From Candidatus Zixiibacteriota bacterium (lineage in GTDB: Bacteria > Zixibacteria > MSB-5A5 > CAIYYT01), in NCBI GenBank assembly GCA_040235515.1, contig JBECKX010000179.1, forward strand, positions 1-64,000: DNA of 64,000 bases, given 5' to 3'. Shown in pieces: positions 38,638 to 48,451 of the stretch. The notes under the pieces are model-generated. The model saw nothing but the letters and a program-made list of their open reading frames with translations. It ran no database searches and was not told the origin of the DNA. Position numbers and translations under genes: made by a program. How positions within the stretch are numbered: position 1 is the stretch's first letter; every line of letters begins with the position of its first letter.

Positions 38638-39372
38638 ATGGAACTGTGGACTGCATTTATCATCGGGCTGGTCGGTTCGCTCCACTGCGTTGGGATGTGT
38701 GGACCGATAGTCGCCGCGCTGCCGGTAGATACTCGCAGTCGCTGGTCAATGATTGCGGGACGGATGCTCTACAACCTGGGTCGTGTCGTGACTTATGCCC
38801 TTCTGGGTGTGCTCTTCGGGCTGGTCGGACGCGGGTTCTTCATGGGCGGTTACCAGCAGGTAGTCTCGATCGTGTTGGGGGCTGCGATCATAATCGCGGT
38901 GTTGTTGCCGGGCAGACTGACGCAGCAAGTTCTCAATACGCTGGGTCTGAACAGGGCGTATGGCATGCTCAGCCGCAGTTGGGGGAGGCTCTTCAAGAAC
39001 AGCAGCAAACGCTCCCTTTTCGCGATCGGCATACTCAACGGATTCCTGCCGTGCGGGTTCGTTTATGTCGGACTGGCGGGCGCGGTGTCGACAGGCAGCA
39101 TTATTGAGGGTGCGGCTTACATGGCACTGATCGGATTGGGGACAATCCCGATTTTGTTCGCGCTTGGTATCGCCGGAAACTTCGTTGGCGCGCGCGTAAA
39201 ACGCAGTTTCGCCCGTGCGCTGCCGGTCTTTGCAATCGTGCTCGGTTTATTGTTCGTAGCGCGCGGTCTGAATCTCGGCATACCATACATCAGCCCGAAG
39301 ATGAAGCACAACGTCGTGACAGAGCAAACCGAGACAAGCTGCTGTGATCCGGCAAAGCACCAGACTCACTAG
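38638..39372 (+). CDS. DsbD_2 / TauE-SafE-like membrane protein of cco clusters
   Basis: GSLHCVGMCGP, YNLGRVVTY, NGFLPCGFVY, GLGTIP. Confidence 0.9.
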   Translation: MELWTAFIIGLVGSLHCVGMCGPIVAALPVDTRSRWSMIAGRMLYNLGRVVTYALLGVLFGLVGRGFFMGGYQQVVSIVLGAAIIIAVLLPGRLTQQVLNTLGLNRAYGMLSRSWGRLFKNSSKRSLFAIGILNGFLPCGFVYVGLAGAVSTGSIIEGAAYMALIGLGTIPILFALGIAGNFVGARVKRSFARALPVFAIVLGLLFVARGLNLGIPYISPKMKHNVVTEQTETSCCDPAKHQTH

Positions 39373-39501
39373 TCATTCCATACGTTCCACTCATTCCACT
39401 CGTTCCCCGTCTCACCCCTTCCTTTCCACCTGGATCAGGACGCTTCTACTTGCTATCGAACGCTGCAATGTGTTAGATTTCAGCCAGGAGGGTATCCTGC
39501 C

Positions 39502-40035
39502 ATGAGTCAGAATTTGAGACACAAGCCAGACTATGAGCTGTTCCATGAGGAGCAGAGGTTCACGCAGTGGTGGATAAGACTGCTGGTGGTCGCGGTCACG
39601 CTGCTGGTGTGGTGGGCGTTCATACAGCAGATATTGTTAGGGAAGCCGGCCGGCACCAACCCCGGACCCGATTGGTTTCTCTGGATCATCATGGTCGTGC
39701 TGGGGGTAGGTTTTCCGCTTTTCATGTTCACGCTCAAATTGGAGACTCGCGTGTATCCAGGTCGTGTAGACCTACGATTCGCCTACCTGATCAGGAGAAG
39801 GATTTCGATGAAGTCGATCGTATCCTTCAGGGCAAGGGAGTATCGGCCGCTGATGGAGTTTGGCGGTTGGGGGGTACGCTGGGTACCGGGCAAAGGGGTG
39901 GCATTCAATACCGGTGGAAACAAGGGGGTCGAGGTCAATCTGGATGATGGCAAGATGGTGATGATCGGCTCACAGGAGGAGATGAAACTTGAACAAGCTA
40001 TCAGGCAGGCCAAAGACTCCGGGTTCGCTGAGTAA
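39502..40035 (+). CDS. Membrane protein with PH-like C-terminus (DUF6141-like)
   Basis: FHEEQRFTQWW, two TMs, YRPLMEFGGWGVR, AFNTGGNKGV, MIGSQ; AGGAGG RBS. Confidence 0.7.
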   Translation: MSQNLRHKPDYELFHEEQRFTQWWIRLLVVAVTLLVWWAFIQQILLGKPAGTNPGPDWFLWIIMVVLGVGFPLFMFTLKLETRVYPGRVDLRFAYLIRRRISMKSIVSFRAREYRPLMEFGGWGVRWVPGKGVAFNTGGNKGVEVNLDDGKMVMIGSQEEMKLEQAIRQAKDSGFAE

Positions 40036-40176
40036 CTAACCCTCGCTTTCAGACGTCTCTTTTCGCTGCAATTCTGTTATCTGAACTTCCACAGATGCAC
40101 CATTTCTGTGCGCGGCTGCGCGCCAGGGATCAACGGGTTGGGCCTAACATTTGAACCTGCAATAGCTTACCGATTT

Positions 40177-40192
40177 AGGCACGGGAGTTGAT
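40177..40192 (+). promoter_or_regulatory. Sigma54-like promoter (variant -12 box)
   Basis: AGGCACGGGAGTTGAT, GG-N10-GA, about 50 nt upstream of ATG 40241. Confidence 0.4.
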
Positions 40193-40240
40193 CTTGGATA
40201 GTCACAGAAATTGCATTCAACGACTACAGGAGGAAATGCA

Positions 40241-40879
40241 ATGCGAAAAGCAATCATCGCTTTCTTAGTTCTGGTCCTCGCGGGTCAGGCATTTGCAGTT
40301 AAGAAGACACCAAAAGATGAACCGAAGAGAACGAGGTCAACGACGCGGGTCTATGTGCAGAAGGAGCAGCATTCACTCGGCTGGTATATAACTCCAACCG
40401 TCAAGATTGCCGAGATTCGTGGGGTTACGAGAGGCTTGGCGGGACTTCGCGCCGGACTGATTCTGGATCGCTCACTTTATGTGGGTCTGGCGGGCTATGG
40501 AATGGCCGATCCTGACACCTGGAATTGGGACGACTGGGATGATTACTACGGTTACGATGGTGACCACTGGGAACTTGGTTACGGTGGTCTTGAACTCGGG
40601 ATACTGAGTGGGCGTGGCGGCGATACTCAGCTCGGGCTGGGTGTACTCGTCGGTGGTGGAGAGATCGATGAATACTTCGATTTCGACCGCTGGCACAGAA
40701 GCGACGGGTTCTTCATCGTCGAACCAAACGCTGACCTGCTCTTCCACTTCAACAGGCATGTCGCGCTTAACCTGGGATTCGGCTATCGGTTTGTGGATGG
40801 AGTCGAGACGCCGAGGTTTACCGATGATGATCTCGACGGACCATCATTCAATATCTCCCTTCAATTGGGCAGCTTTTAG
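40241..40879 (+). CDS. Small outer-membrane beta-barrel protein (hypothetical)
   Basis: AGGAGG RBS, signal peptide, Gly/aromatic amphipathic strands, C-terminal ISLQLGSF. Confidence 0.7.
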   Translation: MRKAIIAFLVLVLAGQAFAVKKTPKDEPKRTRSTTRVYVQKEQHSLGWYITPTVKIAEIRGVTRGLAGLRAGLILDRSLYVGLAGYGMADPDTWNWDDWDDYYGYDGDHWELGYGGLELGILSGRGGDTQLGLGVLVGGGEIDEYFDFDRWHRSDGFFIVEPNADLLFHFNRHVALNLGFGYRFVDGVETPRFTDDDLDGPSFNISLQLGSF

Positions 40880-40949
40880 TTTGAATATACTCAGGGATTT
40901 CACCTGAGGAATCAGCTGCGGACCTAAACCTCCCCTGTGGTTTGTTAGG

Positions 40950-40989
40950 AACGGGCGATTGTGAGCGCAGTCGCCCGTTGTTTATTTTG
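40950..40989 (+). terminator. Terminator between convergent genes
   Basis: aacgggcgattgt / gcagtcgcccgtt stem followed by gtttatttt. Confidence 0.7.
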
Positions 40990-40994
40990 CACGA

Positions 40995-42335
40995 TTAAGG
41001 TTTCCTGATCGCGGCGAGCTGGATATCCATCACATTGGTGCCGGTTGGGCCGGTGATGATCAAGTCGTTGAGGGGTTTGAAGAAGTTATACGAGTTGTGT
41101 TCCGCGAGAAAACGCGCGGCCTCAAGCTTCAGCTTCCTGCCACGAGTCAAACTCTGACCATCCGCAAACGCTCCGGCGGCATCAGTGGGGCCGTCGCTGC
41201 CATCGGTACCAACCGAAGCGATTACCAGCCTCCCAGTTCCGGCGATCGCGATCGCTGCCGCCAGCACCAGCTCCTGATTTCGCCCGCCGACACCTGAGCC
41301 GGCGTGTGTGACGGTAGTTTCACCACCAGAGATGATCATCACGGGCGGGTCGGTGGCTCGCAGCGATTTCTGGACCGTCATGGCTCGTTGCGCCAGTTCC
41401 TCCCCGACGCGGCGAGCTTCGCCGCTGACAGGTTGTTCGCAGAGTTCAACCCGGTAGCCGAGTTGGGCAGCGCAGCGGGCGGCTGCAGCCACGGCCTGAC
41501 TATTTGCAGCGATAATCGAGTAACTCGCATTATGGAATAGCGGTTCGTCGGGAGTGGGTGTCTCGGAAAATTCTCCCCGCGCACCCATTTCGAGATGCGT
41601 GACAATAGCGCTCGGAAGTTGCCGGCGAATACCATGCTTTGTGATCACTGCGAGAGCGGCTGCGAATGTAGTCGGATCGCCTGCCGTCGGACCGGAACCG
41701 ATGACGCCGGGATCATCACCGATGACATCTGAGAGCGCGAGCGTGATCAGAGTCGCAGGGGCTATCGCCTGCGCGAGTCGACCACCCTTGATGGCTGAGA
41801 GATGTTTGCGCACGCAGTTGATCTCCTCGATCGAGGCACCGCACTGCAGCAGCAGGCGCGTAGTGGCGGCTTTCTCGTCCAGAGTGAGCCCCGGTGCAGG
41901 TGCGCTCCAGAGGGCGCTGGCGCCGCCAGAAACCAGGCAGATGGCCAGGTCAGTTGCGGAGAGTTGCGCCGCCAGTCTCAGGGCCGCGTTGGCTGCTCTC
42001 TGGCTGTTCTCGTTGGGGACTGGGTGCCCGGCGAGTATCAGCTCGACCCCGGCGACTTCAAAATCGGGCAGTTCTCTGACGGAGAGCAAGCCACTCACGT
42101 GATGAGGCTGCAGGATTTGCGCGACTGCGCGTGCCATCCGGGCGGAAGCTTTGCCGGCGCCGAGAAGCTTAATACGACTGAATGCCGATACCTGGAGCTT
42201 GCGATCCTGCAGAACGAGGGTGCCGTCGATCTGTTGCAGGTGCGAAGCCACTGCCCGTTCCGGGTCTACGGCAGCAATCGCGGCTGAAATGACCTGTCGC
42301 AGGTCAGATTTCATCGATTGGGTGAGATTGGGCAC
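40995..42335 (-). CDS. Glycerate 2-kinase (DUF4147/MOFRL family)
   Basis: GAGKAS, AGHPVP, SGGASAL, RKHLSAIKGG, SDVIGD, GGETTV, GGRNQE, GTDGSDGPT, TGPTGTNVMD. Confidence 0.93.
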   Translation of the reverse strand: MPNLTQSMKSDLRQVISAAIAAVDPERAVASHLQQIDGTLVLQDRKLQVSAFSRIKLLGAGKASARMARAVAQILQPHHVSGLLSVRELPDFEVAGVELILAGHPVPNENSQRAANAALRLAAQLSATDLAICLVSGGASALWSAPAPGLTLDEKAATTRLLLQCGASIEEINCVRKHLSAIKGGRLAQAIAPATLITLALSDVIGDDPGVIGSGPTAGDPTTFAAALAVITKHGIRRQLPSAIVTHLEMGARGEFSETPTPDEPLFHNASYSIIAANSQAVAAAARCAAQLGYRVELCEQPVSGEARRVGEELAQRAMTVQKSLRATDPPVMIISGGETTVTHAGSGVGGRNQELVLAAAIAIAGTGRLVIASVGTDGSDGPTDAAGAFADGQSLTRGRKLKLEAARFLAEHNSYNFFKPLNDLIITGPTGTNVMDIQLAAIRKP

Positions 42336-42511
42336 GTTGATTCCAGGGCCGTTAATCCTTCTTCAAAACACTATCTACAAAATTGAGCGTTGAGTCGGTC
42401 TTCGCAAAGGTGAAATCGCTGCGGCGGATCAGCGGAGAGGCACGAGACTGCCGCTTCGAGAGCCTGCGAAATTTGTCTTAAATAAATGTCACGAGAGGAT
42501 AGAAATTTTTA

Positions 42512-42526
42512 CGAAAATCGTTTTAA
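42512..42526. promoter_or_regulatory. Fur/PerR-like box upstream of peroxiredoxin
   Basis: CGAAAATCGTTTTAA imperfect 7-1-7 inverted repeat in an AT-rich upstream region. Confidence 0.3.
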
Positions 42527-42581
42527 TTGGGAAGCTGAACTAACGTTCGTGGCCAAAACTTACATCTTTAGGAGCAATGCA

Positions 42582-43253
42582 ATGCAACAAGAGCAAGCAG
42601 CAATGGAAAAGCCGGTCGGACTCCCCCGTATTGGTTCACCAGCCCCTCATTTTGAAGCCAAAACCACTCACGGGACGTTAAGACTGGAGGATTTCAAAGG
42701 CAGTTGGTTGATACTTTTTTCGCACCCTGCCGATTTCACTCCGGTCTGCACGACTGAGTTCATGGGGTTTGCCGAGATTTATCCGGAGTTGCAGAAGCTT
42801 AACACCCAGCTCATCGGCCTCAGTGTCGACAGCGTTTATTCCCACATCGCCTGGGTTCGCAATATCGAGGAGAAGATGGGCGTGAAGATCCAATTCCCGG
42901 TCATCGCGGACCTTGATATGAAGGTGGCCAAAGCCTACGGCATGATCCACGAGGGCGAAAGCAGTACCGAGACGAGCCGTGCGGTGTTTGTCATCGACGA
43001 CAAGCAGGTTGTGCGCGCGATTATCTACTACCCGCTGAGCACCGGTCGCAACATGGATGAGATTCTGCGTCTCGTCAAGGCGCTCCAGACTGTGGATGCG
43101 AACGGCGTTGCCACGCCGGCGAACTGGCGTCCGGGTAACAAGGTGATCGTTCCGCCGGCGCAAACTCAGGAAATGGCTGAGGAACGCACGCAGGACAGCA
43201 GTTTGGAATGCACCGATTGGTACTTCTGCAAGAAAACTCTGGCAGGCGCATAG
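42582..43253 (+). CDS. Peroxiredoxin (Prx6 type with C-terminal CxDWxFC)
   Basis: LFSHPADFTPVCTTEF, YYPLSTGRNMDEILR, ATPANW, CTDWYFC; AGGAG RBS before ATG 42582. Confidence 0.95.
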   Translation: MQQEQAAMEKPVGLPRIGSPAPHFEAKTTHGTLRLEDFKGSWLILFSHPADFTPVCTTEFMGFAEIYPELQKLNTQLIGLSVDSVYSHIAWVRNIEEKMGVKIQFPVIADLDMKVAKAYGMIHEGESSTETSRAVFVIDDKQVVRAIIYYPLSTGRNMDEILRLVKALQTVDANGVATPANWRPGNKVIVPPAQTQEMAEERTQDSSLECTDWYFCKKTLAGA

Positions 43254-43269
43254 GCCGGGAGTCTTCCTG

Positions 43270-43491
43270 ATGGGATGTGTGAACTCAGATGGTTCAATTA
43301 CCAACTCAGCACGACTGATGCTATCCTTGCTGTCGACTCCGATGACCGCTGAAGAGGCGGCTGCCCAGTCAGGTCAACCGTTGTTCAAGGTGCGGAGCAG
43401 TCTGCGCGAGATGGTTGAGACAGGCCTGGTGGAGTTGGAAGGTGAGCACTACCGGACATCTGCCCTGGGGAAGGCCAGGGCGGAAGCGTGA
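43270..43491 (+). CDS. Small winged-helix-like protein downstream of peroxiredoxin
   Basis: MGCVNSDGS..MTAEEAAAQSGQPLFKVRSSLREMVETGLVE HTH pattern; GGAG RBS. Confidence 0.7.
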   Translation: MGCVNSDGSITNSARLMLSLLSTPMTAEEAAAQSGQPLFKVRSSLREMVETGLVELEGEHYRTSALGKARAEA

Positions 43492-43654
43492 CCGCACCGA
43501 CGCCACACCTTCAGGTGGTTGAATCAGAAAGTGGAATCACGAGTACCCTGCGGCGATCATGCCGCGGGGTATTGTTTTATCGGCTGGAGATGAGCAATGC
43601 GGCGAGTGGGGCGGAGGCGCAGGGGAGCGAGTTCCGAGTTGCAAAAGCAACAGA

Positions 43655-45193
43655 CTACATCGCCTGATAGACTCTCGCCGTACGCCAGTAGAAGTGACCG
43701 ATTTCTCCGAATTCGTTGGTAAGGGTCTCCTTTTTGATCTCTCCGAGCTCGGAGAAGCGGCTTACGACGCCCTTTTCATTCAGACGCCCTTCGGTAAAGC
43801 TGATCAACATTGCGGTTCGACCCGCCGCGATTCCGGGGGGGGACCATTCCTTCCACATCAAGCCGTTGCCTCCAACGAGGTTTTCGCCGGCAAATTCAGG
43901 CAGTGAGTCATCGTCCATAGAATCATAGAAACTGGCCTCGCTCACGAGCCAGTATTTATCCAATCCGATGATGAGGGGTTCGGAGCCTGATTGGTGTTCC
44001 AGCTCATGCTCGAGGCGTTCGATTCGATCACCAAAGGCGCTCCAAGCGATCGGCAGCCTCATGCCGTTCTGCTTGGGAGCACCGGGCATCCCGGCAACCA
44101 GATAACTAAATCCGACGAGGAAGAGCAGCACCAGCACGGTCGAATAGCCGATCCAGCGCCCACGCAATTTTGCGGTCGAAGCTGCGAGTCCGGAAAGGTT
44201 CAGGGTGGAGATTCTGTCGGCGAGCAACGGCAGCACAGCCAGCCACACCGGGCCGGTCCAATTCAGTTTCGGTTGACCGCGCAGGCTGTGGATAACGAAC
44301 ACCGTTAGCGGCACTGCGGTCAGCAGCAGCATAAAGAGAATTCGGCGGCTCTGTTCGGCCCGTTCCTGGCGAATCGCTCGGCGACTTACCCAATAAGATC
44401 GGACAATCTGAAGGATGTGATAGAGCGCCATAGGAGTGATCAGCACGAAGATACTGCCGATCAGGATGTGAAGCTGAAAATTCAGCTCCCCGCTCCAGCG
44501 GCGAGAGCCTTGAAATGCGAAGGAGGCCCAGTCGTTGTGGTAGTTCCAGATGAGAACCGGCAGGAAGACGATCATCGCCAGAATCAGGGCGATGTATGGC
44601 TGCGGCCGCAACAACCAGCGGCGACTCTCCCGGTCAAGCAGGAGGAACGCCAGGACTGCAGGGACGACCAAACCCATCGTGTATTTCGAGAGTAATCCCA
44701 ACCCGAGCGAGATGCCCGCCAGATACCAGACTGCGGGCCTGGGTCCGAAAATCGCCCGTTCCAGCAGAAAGAGCGTCGCAGCCCAGAAAAGGTAGAATGG
44801 GGCATCGGGGGTCATTAAGAATCCGACTGACATGTAGATCGGGAATACGGCCAGCAGAAGCACGACCCATTTGCCTACAGCCTTTCCAAGCATTCGCGCA
44901 CTGAATCTGAACATGAACCAGGCGAAGGCGAGCCAGCCCAGGAAGGCGGGCAGCCTGACGGCGAATTCGTTCCTGCCGAGGAGTAGCTCCGAGAGGTAGA
45001 TCAACCACGCCACCATCGGTGGATGATCGAGGTAACCGATGCTGAGGTGGTCTGCATAGTTCCAGTAGTAGGCTTCCTCCGGCAACAGGTCGAGGTAGCC
45101 GAGAAAGACTAACCTGACAAGCACCGCCAGGCAGATCAATAGCCAGACGCTGTCGAAACCGAAGCGGCCTATAAAGTTTTCTTTTTTATCCAT
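43655..45193 (-). CDS. ArnT/PMT-like (GT39/GT83) membrane glycosyltransferase
   Basis: PEEAYYW, GYLDHPPMVAW, FAVRLP, TPDAP, GLLSKYT, PVLIWN. Confidence 0.88.
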   Translation of the reverse strand: MDKKENFIGRFGFDSVWLLICLAVLVRLVFLGYLDLLPEEAYYWNYADHLSIGYLDHPPMVAWLIYLSELLLGRNEFAVRLPAFLGWLAFAWFMFRFSARMLGKAVGKWVVLLLAVFPIYMSVGFLMTPDAPFYLFWAATLFLLERAIFGPRPAVWYLAGISLGLGLLSKYTMGLVVPAVLAFLLLDRESRRWLLRPQPYIALILAMIVFLPVLIWNYHNDWASFAFQGSRRWSGELNFQLHILIGSIFVLITPMALYHILQIVRSYWVSRRAIRQERAEQSRRILFMLLLTAVPLTVFVIHSLRGQPKLNWTGPVWLAVLPLLADRISTLNLSGLAASTAKLRGRWIGYSTVLVLLFLVGFSYLVAGMPGAPKQNGMRLPIAWSAFGDRIERLEHELEHQSGSEPLIIGLDKYWLVSEASFYDSMDDDSLPEFAGENLVGGNGLMWKEWSPPGIAAGRTAMLISFTEGRLNEKGVVSRFSELGEIKKETLTNEFGEIGHFYWRTARVYQAM

Positions 45194-45268
45194 TATAGGT
45201 GTAGAATGCGAGTAGACTCGGTCACTGAATAAAGGATTTACTTGAGTTACTTACCTGTTCACTTAATA

Positions 45269-45355
45269 CGGAGAGGCAGGGATTCGAACCCTGGAACCGT
45301 TTGCACGGTTAACGGTTTTCGAGACCGCCGCATTCGACCACTCTGCCACCTCTCC
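45269..45355 (-). tRNA. tRNA-Ser(CGA), CCA not encoded
   Basis: GGAGAGG/CCTCTCC acceptor stem, anticodon loop CT-CGA-AA, long variable arm, GGTTCGAATCC T-arm, G discriminator. Confidence 0.95.
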
Positions 45356-45493
45356 GATATGCTTCTTTCCTGCGCAGACAAGCTCCAATCGGGGTAGAGC
45401 TGCTCGCTGCTACAGAATCGGGAATATATACGCTTACCCGCTGCTTGGCAACCGATTAGAACGCTCAAATGGGGTTGGGAGATGTTGGAAAAG

Positions 45494-45994
45494 TCAGCGC
45501 CTGAAGAGCTGCTCGGCCAGCTCCTCGATCTCATCGACTTTCGGTTTGAGCAGCATCAGGCCGGCGGGGCAGAAGACGGAGAGTAAGACATAGGTTTCCA
45601 GGTCGCCGCCGATCAGGTAGAAGATCAGTCCGTAGAGCGCCGGGGCAGCCGCGACGGCGAAGATCGGGATGTAGGCACTCGAGAGTTGGCGCGCCAGCGC
45701 GCCGGGATGTGGGTCGAATCGTCGGCGGAGGGCTGCCGGGGTCATCATCCGCTTCTTCAGCACAAAAGCAGCGACCAGATCCATGAGCGCAACGGCGATA
45801 AATGCGTAGCCGACGACCTCCAGGTTGGCGCTCACTGGCGTTGCCAGGAAGTCGAAACTGTTGCGCAGCAACATTGCCAGGAGAAAGAGCAGTACCGGCA
45901 AACCAACGCAGATCTGCACACCGAGACGTGCTACCCGCCCGACAACCCGGTAGGGATCGAGGTGGGTAGGGTTTGAATTGTCACTGTGTTCCAT
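45494..45994 (-). CDS. Hypothetical four-TM membrane protein
   Basis: 166-aa ORF with four hydrophobic segments, 9 bp downstream of tadA. Confidence 0.7.
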   Translation of the reverse strand: MEHSDNSNPTHLDPYRVVGRVARLGVQICVGLPVLLFLLAMLLRNSFDFLATPVSANLEVVGYAFIAVALMDLVAAFVLKKRMMTPAALRRRFDPHPGALARQLSSAYIPIFAVAAAPALYGLIFYLIGGDLETYVLLSVFCPAGLMLLKPKVDEIEELAEQLFRR

Positions 45995-46003
45995 TCGTCC
46001 GGC

Positions 46004-46507
46004 TTACTTCCCTTCTCTCTGTCGTTTTTCCCTGACCGCCTGAAAGAAACCGCTGATGAGATCAGCGCATTCCAGTTCGCGCACACCGCGGACAACCTCT
46101 ACCTGATGATTCAGCCTCGGGTCCTGGACGATATTGAACATTGATCCGCACGCTCCGGTTTTCGGATCAGCCGCGCCATAGACGAGTCGCGCCAGGCGCG
46201 CGAGCACAATCGCACCGGCACACATCGAACAGGGTTCAATGGTGACATAGAGTGTAGCGTTTTCCAGGTAGCGCGACTGCAGCTTGCTGCAACCGGCAGT
46301 GATCGCGATCATCTCGGCGTGCGCGGTTGGGTCGTGTAGCTGCTTGTTCTGGTTATAGCCCCTGCCGATGATTTGATTATCAAAAACAACGACAGCTCCC
46401 ACCGGTACTTCGCCATGCGACTCCGCAATGGTGGCATCGCGAAGGGCCGCCGCCATGAAGGCCTCATCGATCTCCTTCTGCGTCGCGTCAGGATTGAGAT
46501 TGATCAT
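46004..46507 (-). CDS. tadA: tRNA adenosine(34) deaminase
   Basis: GEVPVGAV, DPTAHAEM, LYVTIEPCSMCAGA, DPKTGACGS, LNHQV; ATG 46507 preferred. Confidence 0.95.
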   Translation of the reverse strand: MINLNPDATQKEIDEAFMAAALRDATIAESHGEVPVGAVVVFDNQIIGRGYNQNKQLHDPTAHAEMIAITAGCSKLQSRYLENATLYVTIEPCSMCAGAIVLARLARLVYGAADPKTGACGSMFNIVQDPRLNHQVEVVRGVRELECADLISGFFQAVREKRQREGK

Positions 46508-46651
46508 ACGACGGAAGGTACGAGGAATGGTGTGCAAACACAACAGCTATGGGGCAGTCAGTGGAACTAACAGGCGTGCGCGTCAGGCTGCATCATTCCA
46601 AATGATGTCTCCTTCGGTATCCTTGAAACACCCCCAGCCAACCGGTGACAT

Positions 46652-47446
46652 TCAGATTATGAGTTGGCCTCTCATCGTGATTACGGCATCCCCACCGATG
46701 AGACAGCGATCATTCTCCAGCTTGAGATGAAACTCGCCACCGCGCTGTGATGCCTGCAGAGTGTGAAATTCGGACTTGTTCAGCTTCTTGCTCCAGTAGT
46801 CTATCAGTGCACACTGGGCCGACCCGGTCGCGGGATCTTCATTGATACGGATTCGCGGTGCGAAGTAGCGCGAGATGAAATCGTGACCGTCGCCGGCGCA
46901 GGCGGTAAGGCAGACGCCCCAGTAGTCAAGCTTGCCAAAGTAGGCAAAATCGGGAGTGGCCCGGCGAAGTGCGTCGGCAGAAGAGACCTCGACTACCAGC
47001 TTTCCCTTACCCTGAGTCTCAGCCGCCGCTACGGCATCCAGGCCGGTAGCCTCACCAAAACCGGCGGGGATTGCTGTTTCGCTCAACCGGAGTACGGGGA
47101 AATCCATCAACAGCCGTTGGCCGTCACGCTTGACCTTGAGCGTTCCGGAGAATTTCGTGTAAAACTCGATTTCAGCATCCGGTCGAACGTGCCCGTCTTC
47201 GAACAGCACGTGCGCTGAGGCGAGGGTTGCGTGCCCGCACAATTGGACCTCGGCGCCGGGGGTGAACCAGCGGAGGTTGTAGCCATCTCTATCGGGATAG
47301 AGAAATGCGGTCTCCGACAAGTTCATTTCGAGCGCGACCTGCTGCATCCAGGTATCATCAGCGGCGTTTTTCATGAGACACACCGCGGCGGGATTGCCGC
47401 AAAATGGCGTCTTCGTGAATGCATCAACCTGTATAATTTCCTGCAT
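46652..47446 (-). CDS. PhzF family isomerase
   Basis: QVDAFT..GNPAAV, NLSETAF, LRWFTP..EVQLCGHATLA, EDPATGSA. Confidence 0.93.
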   Translation of the reverse strand: MQEIIQVDAFTKTPFCGNPAAVCLMKNAADDTWMQQVALEMNLSETAFLYPDRDGYNLRWFTPGAEVQLCGHATLASAHVLFEDGHVRPDAEIEFYTKFSGTLKVKRDGQRLLMDFPVLRLSETAIPAGFGEATGLDAVAAAETQGKGKLVVEVSSADALRRATPDFAYFGKLDYWGVCLTACAGDGHDFISRYFAPRIRINEDPATGSAQCALIDYWSKKLNKSEFHTLQASQRGGEFHLKLENDRCLIGGDAVITMRGQLII

Positions 47447-47719
47447 AATCGAGAATCCTGTGAGACGTTTCGGATTGGCGCCACCTGCGTGGAACCGGAC
47501 TACTAGAGAGTGTTACGCAGCCACGCCGCTGAAGGTTGTCGTTAGCGGGGCTCACGATCTGAGTTTGCACCCGGGAGGTGGCGTTAGAAAACCAGCAGGA
47601 TGGCGGCTAAGAGCGTAGAATAATCATTAACTCTAACCCATCCCACGTCTGGAGCATGTGTCGATCGAATCAGGTTTCGTCAACGATCATGCTTCCCGTG
47701 TTCAGGAAGGACTTCTTGG

Positions 47720-48451
47720 ATGATTGGAATCAAACCTCGATTGAACTCGCCATTTAGAACCGGTCTGCTTGCAGCCGTATTCAGTTTCCTGATCGCTGCG
47801 ACAGCAGTTGCGCAGGTGACACCGGCAGACGGCGAAGGCAAGCCAGGCTCGGTAGATAGACGGATAGCGCCCTCTGCGGATCAGATTCAGCCGCTGCTGA
47901 TTGGTGCGACTGTACCCTCGGTGCAGGTGGTAACGGCGGATGGAGAAGCGGTTGATCTGAAGGAGATAGTATCCGGGCAGCCAACGATCCTGATCTTCTA
48001 TCGCGGAGGTTGGTGACCATACTGCAACTCGCAGTTGGGTCAACTGCAAGAGATTGAGCCGCAGCTAATTGAGCTTGGCTACCAGATTGTCGCGGTCAGC
48101 GCCGACCGCCCTGCGAAGATACGTGAGACGCTGGCGAAGAGCGAGTTCCGGTACAAGCTCTACTCGGACAGTGCGGCGAATGCGACATCGGCCTTCGGAA
48201 TAGCGTTCCGGGTCGAGGAGGACTATGTCGAGCGGGTGAAGGCGTTCGATATTGATATCGAAGGTGCTGCCGGCAACAAGAATCATATCCTGCCGGTACC
48301 AGCCGTCTTCATCCTGGACGATACAGGTTTGATAAAATTCGAGTATGTAAATCCCAGATACCAGGTTCGCATCCATCCTGAGGTTCTGCTGGCTGCCGCA
48401 ACGGCTGAAGCCCGGCAGTGGTCAAAGGAGAAGTCGAAGGAGAAGAAGTAG
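47720..48451 (+). CDS. AhpC/TSA-family peroxiredoxin-like selenoprotein (in-frame TGA at 48014-48016, UxxC)
   Basis: Two track ORFs share one frame: FYRGGW-TGA-PYCNSQL continues to TAG 48451 with VAVSAD, LYSD, LPVPAVFI; hairpin follows the TGA. Confidence 0.88.
48028..48052 (+). promoter_or_regulatory. Candidate bacterial SECIS hairpin
   Basis: ctc-gcagttg-ggt-caactgc-aa-gag starting 11 nt after the TGA; G-leading apical loop. Confidence 0.6.

Noticed and set aside
45269..45355. Long-variable-arm tRNA as a possible tRNA-Sec for the nearby selenoprotein
   Set aside because: Anticodon is CGA with a 7-bp acceptor stem; ordinary tRNA-Ser
48035..48451. Separate 138-aa gene starting at TTG 48035
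   Set aside because: It is the in-frame continuation of the UGA-containing Prx-like gene and lacks an RBS
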